Source: an uncultured Chloroflexia bacterium
GTDB taxonomy: Bacteria > Chloroflexota > Chloroflexia > QHBQ01 > JADMIH01
Direction of reading: 5' to 3'
Length of the DNA: 64,000 bases
Assembly (NCBI GenBank): GCA_963797095.1
Contig: CAWCNY010000006.1
Location: 576,001 to 640,000, forward strand
In this document: piece by piece, positions 29,300 through 38,351 of the stretch
Layout of the letters: every line of letters begins with the position of its first letter
Position numbering within the stretch: position 1 is the stretch's first letter
The notes under the pieces: model-generated
What the model saw: the letters and a program-made list of their open reading frames with translations, nothing else
The model's database searches: none
What the model was told of the DNA's origin: nothing
Program-made: the position numbers and the translations under genes

Positions 29300-32188
29300 C
29301 TATGCCTGCCGGTCTGTTGGCTGTATTATCGACGCCATAGCATACTCGACAGCTTGCTCCAGGCTCATAGCTCGCCCTTCCACCCAACCCGCCTGCCACG
29401 CTCTCTCATCCGCCTGCGAGCGGGCTGCGGCCAGGTCTCCGTCGTACTGAGTCCGGTCTGCGGGCGTCAGCGGCACCTTGATCCGCTCCAACAAGGCGTC
29501 CGCAGCCCCAAACAAGCGAGCCGCCCGGTCGATATGCCCTTCCGCTGTCATAACTCCCCCCAGAGCCGCCAGGCACTCAGCTATACCCTGCCTGTTGCCT
29601 TTTTCTTGGTGCATCTTTAGACCCTCGATGATGAGCGAGGACGCCTTCCCGTACTCACCTCTGAGGCGGGCTATCTGGCCCAACTTGTGCAATGCCGACG
29701 CTACGAGCAAAGGAGCGCCTACCTGCCGTGCCTCCATAAGGGAGTCCTCGTACATTTTCTGCGCATTTTCGTAGTTGCCCTCTGAGCGCATCAGGTCCCC
29801 TAATATCACTACCATCCGGGGAAGGACCTGTGCCGATGCGTGCAACTCTCGGAACTCCGCTATGCTCTGCTCCAGGAGATGACGTCCCATGGAATAATCG
29901 CCTGTATAATAGGCGACCATCCCCAGGTCCCCCACCAGCGATGGTGCGATCCCCCTGTCCCCCATCTCGCGGAACACCGAAAGCGACTCCTCGAAGAAAG
30001 CATGCGCCTCTTCGTAATCGAGCTGGTCGAGGAGTGCATGCCCCAGTATGTGGAGTGATTGCGCAAGGTTCAGTCTATCTCCGAACTGCCGCTCGATGGT
30101 TATGCTCTCCTCCAGCCATTTCTGCCCCATCTCGTTATCCGCCTGCCCCCAAGCTATCGTCCCCGCGCCCTGCAACACCTTACCTCGTGCCAGCAGCCAG
30201 GTTCGATCTTCCCTTGGAGTCCCGATGTCCTGGGCGGTGGGTCCGGGCAGTTCGATAGCCCTTTCGAGCCACTGCCTCCCTTCGTTCAAATACCCACGCC
30301 AGTACCAGAATTTCCCCAGCGCTCCGCTCAAATGCAACGCTTTCCCGGCAGCCTTCTCTTCCCCTCTGCTCAGCGACCATTCCAGCGCCGCCCGCAGATT
30401 GTCGTGCTCACCTTCAAGGCGATCCAGTCCGGCTTTTGCCTGAGAGCTGGTCACCTTCTGCTCAGTCTCCTGAGACAATCTCAGGAAGTAGTCCAGGTGG
30501 GTGTCCCGCACCGGCTCGGTTTCACCTGTTTCCATCAGCTTGACGCTCGCATACTGGCGCACCGTCTCCAGCAAGCGGTAACGCACTTTCTGGCCACCCT
30601 CCACCTCCTGCTCCACCACCACGAGCGACTTGTCAATCAGGCGAGAGAGCAGGTCGAGCACATCGAGGCCCTGGATCCCCTCAGTCGAGCATATCGCTTC
30701 GGCGGCCTCCAGGTCCCAGCCACCCATGAAGACCGACAGCCGCCGCAGTAGCGCCCGCTCGTCGTCGGAGAGGAGGTCATAGCTCCAATCCATAGCCGCT
30801 TGCAAGGTCTGTTGCCTCGGCATTGCCGTGCGGCTCCCACCCGTAAGCAGCCGGAAGCGGTCGTCAAGCCGCGCCGCAATCTGCTCCACCGACAGCACTC
30901 TCACCCGCGCTGCCGCCAGCTCGATAGCCAGTGGAATACCGTCCAGCCGCCTGCATATCTCCGTCACTGCATCGGCGTTCTGTTCGGTCAACGCAAAACT
31001 TGGCTCGGCCACGCGGGCGCGCTCGACAAAGAGCTTCACTCCCTCGTACTCAAGCAGCTTATCCAGGCCCGAAACCGTGCGCGGTTCAGGGAGCGACAGA
31101 GACGGCACTCGATATGGTACTTCGCCTCCGATACCCAGCGCCTCACGGCTCGAAGCCAGCATGGAGAGGTGTGGGCACGCGCTTATCAACAGCATGACCA
31201 GGCGAGCACACCTCTCTACCACGTGCTCGCAGTTGTCCAGGAGCAACAGCGTCCTCTTGGGGCGCAGCCGGTCGATGATCATTTCGGTTGGCGTGCCACC
31301 TGCTGACTCGCGGATGCCCAGGGCCGTCGCCACGGCCTGGGGCACAAGCTGGGCATCCGCTATGGGCGCAAGCTCTACAAGCCACACGCCGTCAGGGTAC
31401 ACGTCGAGCAGTTGAGCGGCCACCTGCAACATCAGCCTGGTCTTGCCGGTCCCGCCCGGACCTGTCAGCGTGAGCAAGCGGGTCCCTTCCTGGGGATGCG
31501 GGGCAGAACCGGCTCCCATCGCTTCCTGGCCTGACCCAGGCACGAGCAGGAGTTTCACCTCCTCGATCTCGCGCTCGCGCCCCACGAAAGTGGTCAACTG
31601 TATCGGTAGGTTGTTGGGCATGCTATCGAGCGACTTCAGCGGCGGAAACTCTGCGCGCAAGCCTGGGCCAACCACCTGGAATATGCGCTCCGGGCGTTGC
31701 AGATCCTTCAGGCGGTGCTCCCCCAGGTTGCGTAGCGTCACACCCTCCGGCAGGCTCTCGCTCACCAATTCCTGAGTGGCGTCGCTAGCCAGCGCCTGGC
31801 CTCCGTGCGCCACCGCTCGCAATCGCGCGCAGCGATTTACAGCGCTGCCGTAATAGTCGCCCTCCCGCAGGTCTGCCTCTCCGGTGTGAAGCGCTAACCT
31901 GACTTGCAAAGATATAGGCGTGGGCCACTGCTCAGACTGAAGGGCCTGTTGCATGGCGGCAGCAGCAGTTACTGCATTAGTAGCTCGTGAGAAGACAGCA
32001 AAGCGGCTGTCCCCCTCTCCACGAGGGCGCACGATGGTGCCTCCGTGCCGGCCAACTGTGTCTTCAATTATGTGGTCGTGACGGGCGAGGGCTGTGCGTG
32101 TCTGATCCGGGTAGCGCTCCCAAAGCTGAGTGCTCCCCTCTATATCGGTAAAGAGGAAGGTCACCGTCCCAGTTGGTAAGTTGGACAT
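29300..32188 (-). CDS. Class III adenylate/guanylate cyclase-NB-ARC ATPase-TPR protein
   Basis: TFLFTDIEGST, GDS, VNRCARL cyclase motifs; GPGGTGKT, LLDNCEH, GIPLAIELAAAR; TPRs. The start is uncertain (32188-32263). Confidence 0.92.
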   Translation of the reverse strand: MSNLPTGTVTFLFTDIEGSTQLWERYPDQTRTALARHDHIIEDTVGRHGGTIVRPRGEGDSRFAVFSRATNAVTAAAAMQQALQSEQWPTPISLQVRLALHTGEADLREGDYYGSAVNRCARLRAVAHGGQALASDATQELVSESLPEGVTLRNLGEHRLKDLQRPERIFQVVGPGLRAEFPPLKSLDSMPNNLPIQLTTFVGREREIEEVKLLLVPGSGQEAMGAGSAPHPQEGTRLLTLTGPGGTGKTRLMLQVAAQLLDVYPDGVWLVELAPIADAQLVPQAVATALGIRESAGGTPTEMIIDRLRPKRTLLLLDNCEHVVERCARLVMLLISACPHLSMLASSREALGIGGEVPYRVPSLSLPEPRTVSGLDKLLEYEGVKLFVERARVAEPSFALTEQNADAVTEICRRLDGIPLAIELAAARVRVLSVEQIAARLDDRFRLLTGGSRTAMPRQQTLQAAMDWSYDLLSDDERALLRRLSVFMGGWDLEAAEAICSTEGIQGLDVLDLLSRLIDKSLVVVEQEVEGGQKVRYRLLETVRQYASVKLMETGETEPVRDTHLDYFLRLSQETEQKVTSSQAKAGLDRLEGEHDNLRAALEWSLSRGEEKAAGKALHLSGALGKFWYWRGYLNEGRQWLERAIELPGPTAQDIGTPREDRTWLLARGKVLQGAGTIAWGQADNEMGQKWLEESITIERQFGDRLNLAQSLHILGHALLDQLDYEEAHAFFEESLSVFREMGDRGIAPSLVGDLGMVAYYTGDYSMGRHLLEQSIAEFRELHASAQVLPRMVVILGDLMRSEGNYENAQKMYEDSLMEARQVGAPLLVASALHKLGQIARLRGEYGKASSLIIEGLKMHQEKGNRQGIAECLAALGGVMTAEGHIDRAARLFGAADALLERIKVPLTPADRTQYDGDLAAARSQADERAWQAGWVEGRAMSLEQAVEYAMASIIQPTDRQA

Positions 32189-32377
32189 ATTCATAGCTAT
32201 TGCCATGATCACTTGCCAATAGAGAGCCCAACGCAGGCCCAGGAGGGGTGCGCATCGGGCCATGCGAATTTGACGCTATTATAACACGGAGAAGGAAAGC
32301 GCCGGAAACGAGCAGCGGCATCAACGACGTGTGAGCATAACGAGGGAGCAGACAATCACGGGCTGACAATCAAGACA

Positions 32378-32406
32378 TTGACAGAAGTCGCACACGGTCG
32401 TACAAT
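32378..32406 (+). promoter_or_regulatory. Near-consensus sigma70 promoter
   Basis: TTGACA-17 bp-TACAAT. Confidence 0.85.
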
Positions 32407-32408
32407 GT

Positions 32409-32430
32409 GATTGTGATCAGTTTCACAATC
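32409..32430. promoter_or_regulatory. Palindromic operator (Rex-like or CRP/FNR-family-like)
   Basis: GATTGTGA-TCAGTT-TCACAATC: one mismatch to Rex TTGTGAANNNNTTCACAA and an exact TGTGA-N6-TCACA; it overlaps the predicted transcription start. Confidence 0.75.
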
Positions 32431-32464
32431 GGTTGTATTGAGCAGCCGGGAGGAGTGCAGAGAG

Positions 32465-34525
32465 ATGGGTGAGTTATTGCAGCCTATCGGAATCGGGCTA
32501 GCTGCGCGCGGCGAGGTTGAGGATGTCGTTGGATGGGCGCAGGACGCTCAGCGGCGCGGGTTGGATTCCGTTTGGATACACGATTCTTACTTTGAGAGAG
32601 ACGCCGTCACCTATGCATCGGCTATCGCGGCGCAGGTGCCTGAGATCAGAGTGGCTATGGGAGCACTCAACCCGCTGACCAGGCACCCCGTAGTGTTAGC
32701 CATGACTGTGAGCGCGCTGGACGAGATGGCTCCCGGCAGGATTATTCTGGGGATGGGCACGGGGTTGCCGCTCAGGCTGGCGCAGATGGGGATACCCTAT
32801 ACTCCTGACGCGGGGGTGGATGTGGTGAGCAAAGCGATAGACACCGTGAGGGCGCTCTGGTCCGGGCAGCGCATCCCCTCGGCCACGCCGGGCCTACCCC
32901 CGGTGCAGCCGATGTTTGCCCCCGTACACCATGTGCCGATCTATATTGCGGCCTACAGAACACCCTTCTTAAAACTGGCAGGTGAGAAAGCCGATGGGTA
33001 TCTGGCACGACCCGCTGAGTCCGTAGCGAACTTCAAGAGAATGATACCGATCATCAGGAAGGCGTCGCTGGCAGCCGGAAGGCCCGAAAACGCCGTGAGC
33101 GTGGCAGGCTATCTGCTGGCTTTTATCGATAAGACTCGGCGCGAGGCGCTCAATCGGGCCAAGCGCGAGCCTTTCGTAATCTATATGATGAGCGTGTTAT
33201 CCGATTTCTCTTTGCAGCAGGTGGGCTTCGAGAAGGAATTGAGAGATTCGATCATGGCGGCCTGGCGGGCCGAGGACTACCATAAGGCAGCCGGGCTGAT
33301 CCCCGACGAGATGCTCGATGCGTTCATGCTGTGCGGCACGCAGGAGGATGTAGCGCTCAAGGTAGCCCAGTTCCGCGATGTAGGCATGAACCTGCCCCTC
33401 TTGCAGCCGGTCGTGCAGGACGACGAGCAGATGAAGGCGATCCTGGAGACGGCGGTGCTGTACGGCACCGGCGCGGTTGGAGCAAGAAGACGGACGACAG
33501 ACGGTGAACCGGTGGCGGTGGCGGCTTCAATCCAAAATCCGCAATCCGAAGCCCAGGATCGGGCGGGCGGACTGGCCGACGACCGAAGTTTGACGTTCGG
33601 CCAGAGAGTTTGGCGGCACGCTAAGGGGTGGTACGAGATCGCCCGGCCCTTCAGTTTCACCGCCTCATCGGCTCCGGTGGCGGCGGCTGGCGCTCTGGCC
33701 GCCCTGGATGGGCTGTTTGACTGGAAGCTCTTCCTGCTGGCGCTATTTGGGATTGTGTTCCTGCACATCGGCACGAATGTGACCAACGAGATATATGACG
33801 TGCGGCGTGGAGTTGATACGATCACATCACCAAGGGCCAGCCTGGCGCTGCTGAAAGGCCGTATAACCGAGCGTGAGGCATTCGTGATCGTGGGGTTGTC
33901 GTTCGCGCTGGCCACTGTGCTGGGTGTGTTGTTGATAATCGAGCGTGGGTGGCCGATCCTGGCTCTTGGGTTGCTTGGATTAATAGGTGGTTGGGGCTAC
34001 ACAGCCCCGCCGCTACAGTATAAGTACAAGGCTATAGGCATACCGCTCGTGTTCACCCTCTTTGGGCCGCTCTCCGTAGTGGGCGCTTATTACGCTATCA
34101 CCGGTACCTGGAGCTGGCAGGCGTTGGTCTTGAGCGTGCCCGTGGGTCTCCTCGTCGCGGCGATATTGCATGGCAACGAATGGCGCGACATCACGGACGA
34201 TGCACGCATGGGCACCGCCTCATTCTCGATAATGTTCGGGCGGCGGGCCGCCTATTACGCATACGTCTCGCTGGTAGTGGGTGCATACGTGACGCTTAGT
34301 ATCGGTGTGTTCCTGGGCTGGCTGCCGAGGGAGACCATACTTGCGATGTTGTCGCTCCCTCTGTTGGTGCGAGCTATCAGAGCCTCCGAACTGGGCGTAA
34401 GCGGTCAGCAAAGAGCGATTGCCATGATCGACCTGGAAACCGCGCAATTGCACGCGGCGTTCGGATATTTGCTCGTACTAGGGTTGGTGTTAGGCGTATT
34501 CTTGCCCGGGTTGCTGGGAACGTAA
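32465..34525 (+). CDS. Fusion: luciferase-like (LLM) flavin/F420-dependent oxidoreductase + MenA/UbiA-family prenyltransferase
   Basis: N-half: DSVWIHD, NPLTRHP, LDEMAPGRIILGMGTG, ADG. C-half: ARPFSF, NEIYDVRRGVD, YTAPPL.YKY..IG, NEWRDITDD, ~9 TMs. Confidence 0.87.
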   Translation: MGELLQPIGIGLAARGEVEDVVGWAQDAQRRGLDSVWIHDSYFERDAVTYASAIAAQVPEIRVAMGALNPLTRHPVVLAMTVSALDEMAPGRIILGMGTGLPLRLAQMGIPYTPDAGVDVVSKAIDTVRALWSGQRIPSATPGLPPVQPMFAPVHHVPIYIAAYRTPFLKLAGEKADGYLARPAESVANFKRMIPIIRKASLAAGRPENAVSVAGYLLAFIDKTRREALNRAKREPFVIYMMSVLSDFSLQQVGFEKELRDSIMAAWRAEDYHKAAGLIPDEMLDAFMLCGTQEDVALKVAQFRDVGMNLPLLQPVVQDDEQMKAILETAVLYGTGAVGARRRTTDGEPVAVAASIQNPQSEAQDRAGGLADDRSLTFGQRVWRHAKGWYEIARPFSFTASSAPVAAAGALAALDGLFDWKLFLLALFGIVFLHIGTNVTNEIYDVRRGVDTITSPRASLALLKGRITEREAFVIVGLSFALATVLGVLLIIERGWPILALGLLGLIGGWGYTAPPLQYKYKAIGIPLVFTLFGPLSVVGAYYAITGTWSWQALVLSVPVGLLVAAILHGNEWRDITDDARMGTASFSIMFGRRAAYYAYVSLVVGAYVTLSIGVFLGWLPRETILAMLSLPLLVRAIRASELGVSGQQRAIAMIDLETAQLHAAFGYLLVLGLVLGVFLPGLLGT

Positions 34526-34561
34526 ACCTCGTTTCTTCGTGTACCAAAAGAAAGTTAAGCG

Positions 34562-35203
34562 ATGAATAAGATCCTGAAGGATAAGGTACTGTTGGGTGGG
34601 TTGGCCGCGGCGTTTGGTGCGTTCGCGCTGACTTTTCGAGGGCCGCGCCCGCAATTCTGGAACAGGATGACCCTGACCGGATTGTCTCTGGGGAGTCTTT
34701 CTTTAGCTTCGCGACCTGAATTGCGCAAGACCAGGATCGGACCCAAAGATGTGGCGGCGGGCCTGGGGTCAGCGGCGGTACTTTACATAATATTTAGAGT
34801 AGGCGACAAACTGGCACGAGCGATCATGCCAAATGGCGCGGCTGAGATCGATGACATTTACAAACTTCAGAACCTTGGCTCGAAAAAAGGGCTGGCCGCT
34901 CGGCTGATCACAATCATAGGGCCTGCCGAGGAGCTTTTCTGGCGCGGCCTTGTGCAGGGTACGCTGGCGGAGGCCCTAGGCAAGCCCGCAGGGTGGGCGC
35001 TGGCTACGGCAGCATACGGCGGTGCGCACCTTGTAACAGGCAATGTCACCCTCATCGGTGCGGCCGCTGTGGCCGGTGGATACTGGGGCGGTCTCTATGC
35101 CGCAGGTGTGCCGATGGGCGCGCTGATCGTGAGCCACGCCGCATGGGATGTCTACATTTTCTTGATCGCTCCCACAGTGCTTGCAAAAGACGACCGACAA
35201 TAG
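34562..35203 (+). CDS. CPBP (CAAX/Abi) intramembrane metalloprotease
   Basis: AEELFWRG, YGGAH, SHAAWD motifs. Confidence 0.9.
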   Translation: MNKILKDKVLLGGLAAAFGAFALTFRGPRPQFWNRMTLTGLSLGSLSLASRPELRKTRIGPKDVAAGLGSAAVLYIIFRVGDKLARAIMPNGAAEIDDIYKLQNLGSKKGLAARLITIIGPAEELFWRGLVQGTLAEALGKPAGWALATAAYGGAHLVTGNVTLIGAAAVAGGYWGGLYAAGVPMGALIVSHAAWDVYIFLIAPTVLAKDDRQ

Positions 35204-35488
35204 ACGAAGGATCAAGTTTCCGTTGCCAATCGTCCTTCGTCGTTCGGCATTCGTCCTCCCGAATCGTATTGAGAACACCCGCAGGGACCAGCAGCATCAC
35301 CGTGGTATGACCAAATGCCTATGGTAGACCGCAGGCTTTTGCGCCTACAATATTAGGAGGAGTTTGCCTGCATAGCCTTGCCGATCAATGCGATACCGCA
35401 ACGGCTGCGGGCCTCAGGTTGGGCGCGGCATATTCACCAGGAGGAGATTGAGAAACGCAAAGGACGTTTCGCCAGGTCGAGAGCAGCA

Positions 35489-36442
35489 ATGAAAGTGACA
35501 CTCTACACGAAGTCCGATTCTTCGGAATCTCGCCGCGTTTGGGATCTGCTGGAGCAGTTGAGCGCGCAACACGAGTTCGATTTGCGCGAGGCACAGTCAC
35601 CTGATGGCGCACCTGCACCCTGTGTACGGTTTGATGCCCCAGGCTCACCCTTCCACAACGCCAACGGGCTTACACAAGAGCTCTTCCTGGAGTACCTGGA
35701 TGACGCCAGAAGGTCACTTACCCCTACCGTCGATGCTCGGAAGGATAAGCCAGGTCGTACAACGCCCAGGAGGAAAGCAGGGAGCCTCCCCACAGCTACT
35801 TATGAAGCAACCCATCCGATCCGCTCGTTTCTCTGGAGGCACCGGGTAGGAGGCATAATTGGTGCGCTTTCCGGCTTTGTGGGGCTGGCCTGGGTCGCTC
35901 CTCTTACTACCTCGTGGGGATGGGGTAATGGCTTCTACAATGCAGTTCACAGCGTCTATCGCCTGGTATGTGACCAGGTGCCGGAGCGTTCCGCACAACT
36001 GGGGGGCTTTCCTGTGTGCCTGTGCTGGCGTTGTACTGCCATTTATCTGGGCGCGCTCACTTTCGGCATCATTTACACTGTAGGTCGAGATCGCAAGATC
36101 GACTGGCTGAAGTGGCTTGTGCGTCCTGTGTCGCTGGGAGTTATGCTGCTGTATGGACTGCCTCTTATCCTTGATGGGGCCACTCACACCCTCGGGTTGA
36201 GGCCCGGCATCAACTATGCCAACTCACCCGACTTCTGGCTGTCTTGGGAAGCGCTCTCGGCAGACTGGTGGCTGCGCATTGTCACCGCCCTCATCGCTAC
36301 GATAGGTGCGGTGAAGTTCCTTTGCCCACGTCTGGACAAACTGGGTTACGCTTATGAGCGACTGTACAATCTTCGAAGGCTGGATAAAGGCCATACTCTG
36401 GATGGCTCAACATCTGCCATAAGCAGTATCGGGCCGTCATAG
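35489..36442 (+). CDS. DUF2085-type membrane protein with N-terminal glutaredoxin-like segment
   Basis: VCDQVPERS, CLCWRCTAIYLG, LDGATH; N-terminal MKVTLYTK. Confidence 0.75.
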   Translation: MKVTLYTKSDSSESRRVWDLLEQLSAQHEFDLREAQSPDGAPAPCVRFDAPGSPFHNANGLTQELFLEYLDDARRSLTPTVDARKDKPGRTTPRRKAGSLPTATYEATHPIRSFLWRHRVGGIIGALSGFVGLAWVAPLTTSWGWGNGFYNAVHSVYRLVCDQVPERSAQLGGFPVCLCWRCTAIYLGALTFGIIYTVGRDRKIDWLKWLVRPVSLGVMLLYGLPLILDGATHTLGLRPGINYANSPDFWLSWEALSADWWLRIVTALIATIGAVKFLCPRLDKLGYAYERLYNLRRLDKGHTLDGSTSAISSIGPS

Positions 36443-36465
36443 GTCGCTGAACCGAGGACCTGGCG

Positions 36466-37482
36466 TCACCCTCCAGGCTGAATCCTTTTCCCCGTTCGTG
36501 CTGCCTCTTTCAGTGCATCGATAACCTGCATGTTGTGCAGGCTACCCTCCAGCGTGTACGCCAGTGGATGATCGTTTAGCACCGCATCCGCGAAGTGCTC
36601 GATCATAAGATAGTTCTGGTAGGTTTCCGGCACCTCAATAATCTCTATATGCCCCGGATTGTCCCCACCATCCGCCTTATCAAGCTTAATCTCGGCAGGC
36701 CCGGCCCCCTTGCGGAATGGTTGGGCTACCGTGATAAGCCCCTCCGTGCCCGACACCGTGAGCCATTGTTGTTGTGTTACTCCTGTCCTGAAACTGCAAT
36801 CGACAGTTGCGAGCACATCGCCGGGAAACTCCAATGTGCCTACCACTGTTTCCTCAACTCCCGACGGTGCCCATACCGCGCTGGCAGTGACAGCCTGCGG
36901 CGGCACGCCCGCCACCATCAGCGAGACGTTGACGCAGTAGCACCCAACGTCCATAAGCGCGCCCCCGGCCAGGTCGGCGCTCCACCGGATGTCGTCCGGC
37001 CTGGTCAGCGCGAAGCCGAACGTGGCGCGGATCACCTTTATCTTGCCGATTGCGCCGCTGGAAAGCAGTTGCCACAACCGGCCCATCAAGGGGTGGAAGC
37101 GATACATAAAAGCTTCCATAGCTTTGACGCCGTTCGCTTCGGCTGCGGCCATTATCTTCCCCACGTCGGACGCGTTGCTTGCAAGCGGCTTCTCGCACAG
37201 CACGTGCTTGCCCTGTTCCATTGCCTTGATGCTCCACTCCTTATGCAAAGCATTGGGCAACGGGATGTACACCGCATCGATAACGTCCGAGGCGAGCATT
37301 TCCTCGTAGCTGCCGAAGGCGAACGGCACCTCACGCTGTTTTGCCCACGCCTGCGCTGTGCCGAGGTCGCGGCTCGCGATGGCCATAAGCTCGCTGTTGG
37401 AAGACATCTTTATAGCGCGCACCTGCGCATCGGCTATACGCGCCGTGCTGAGCACGCCCCAGCGAAGTCGAGAGGTTGGCAT
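36466..37482 (-). CDS. Gfo/Idh/MocA family oxidoreductase
   Basis: WGVLSTARIA, HVLCEKP, GGALMDVGCY. Confidence 0.93.
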   Translation of the reverse strand: MPTSRLRWGVLSTARIADAQVRAIKMSSNSELMAIASRDLGTAQAWAKQREVPFAFGSYEEMLASDVIDAVYIPLPNALHKEWSIKAMEQGKHVLCEKPLASNASDVGKIMAAAEANGVKAMEAFMYRFHPLMGRLWQLLSSGAIGKIKVIRATFGFALTRPDDIRWSADLAGGALMDVGCYCVNVSLMVAGVPPQAVTASAVWAPSGVEETVVGTLEFPGDVLATVDCSFRTGVTQQQWLTVSGTEGLITVAQPFRKGAGPAEIKLDKADGGDNPGHIEIIEVPETYQNYLMIEHFADAVLNDHPLAYTLEGSLHNMQVIDALKEAARTGKRIQPGG

Positions 37483-37546
37483 TCGTTACCTCCAGGTGCC
37501 TATCTTCGTACTTGTCAATAAAGAGTGTCCAGCTCCATAAAGAGAC

Positions 37547-37577
37547 ACGGAGAACCGGCCTTTTCCCGGTTCTCCGT
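37547..37577. terminator. Hairpin, probable terminator of the DUF4342 gene
   Basis: acggagaaccgg-ccttttc-ccggttctccgt, 12-bp stem. Confidence 0.65.
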
Positions 37578-37629
37578 AAATTAGCACCACTCGCAGGCTC
37601 TGTCAAGAAGCCTCGCCTGTAAAGGAATT

Positions 37630-37899
37630 TCAGTCCCTGCGCTCGACCACGATGGTCAGGTCAGCCGCAAGGGCCGCAATCGCACCGATAGCCGCCCACA
37701 TAGGGAGCAACAGCGCGCCGACCACTCCTGCGGTTAGCGGAAACTCAGCTATGGTCTGCCCTGTATCGTTCTTGATAACGATGCGGCGCACATTTCCCTC
37801 GTGCAGCAGTTCCTTGATCTTCGATAGGAGTTGCTCACCGCTAAGCTTAAACTCCTCGGTAGTGGTTTTCTCTTCTTTGGTAGTAGTTTCGTCAGCCAT
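37630..37899 (-). CDS. DUF4342 domain protein
   Basis: KIKELLHEGNVRRIVIK...EFPLTAGVVG...AAIGAIAAL; AGGAGG RBS. Confidence 0.85.
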   Translation of the reverse strand: MADETTTKEEKTTTEEFKLSGEQLLSKIKELLHEGNVRRIVIKNDTGQTIAEFPLTAGVVGALLLPMWAAIGAIAALAADLTIVVERRD

Positions 37900-38351
37900 G
37901 TCAAAACCTCCTGTTGTTGGGCGGCACTCTGGGCCGCCAATCACTCTTACCCATGCTTTTCGCTCAATATCCTCCGCTTAAGGGCGAGCGTGATGAGCCT
38001 GGTCAATTTACCTCATTATATACCCTCATTATATACGTGGTACATTTGTCTTGCGTTGCACCCTCCTATGAGACTATAGGTATCGAAGCGATCACGAGTT
38101 ACACTCTGAATAATGAGGTCAAATTCTCCTATCCTAATATCAGCAATCAGCGTTCGCGCGACCCAATTTGGAATGTTATTATGGCCTGGGGACGTGGATA
38201 CGCCCAATTTGTGTCCGCCGCATCTCGGCTACAGGCCGCACGATTGGGTACAATTTGCTTCGGCAAGCCATCTGATGCGTGGAGTAGATCATCCGGCACA
38301 CCCAAGAATAGCCGGGGATTGGCGCTATTAGACAGAGTGGAGAGCTAGTGC

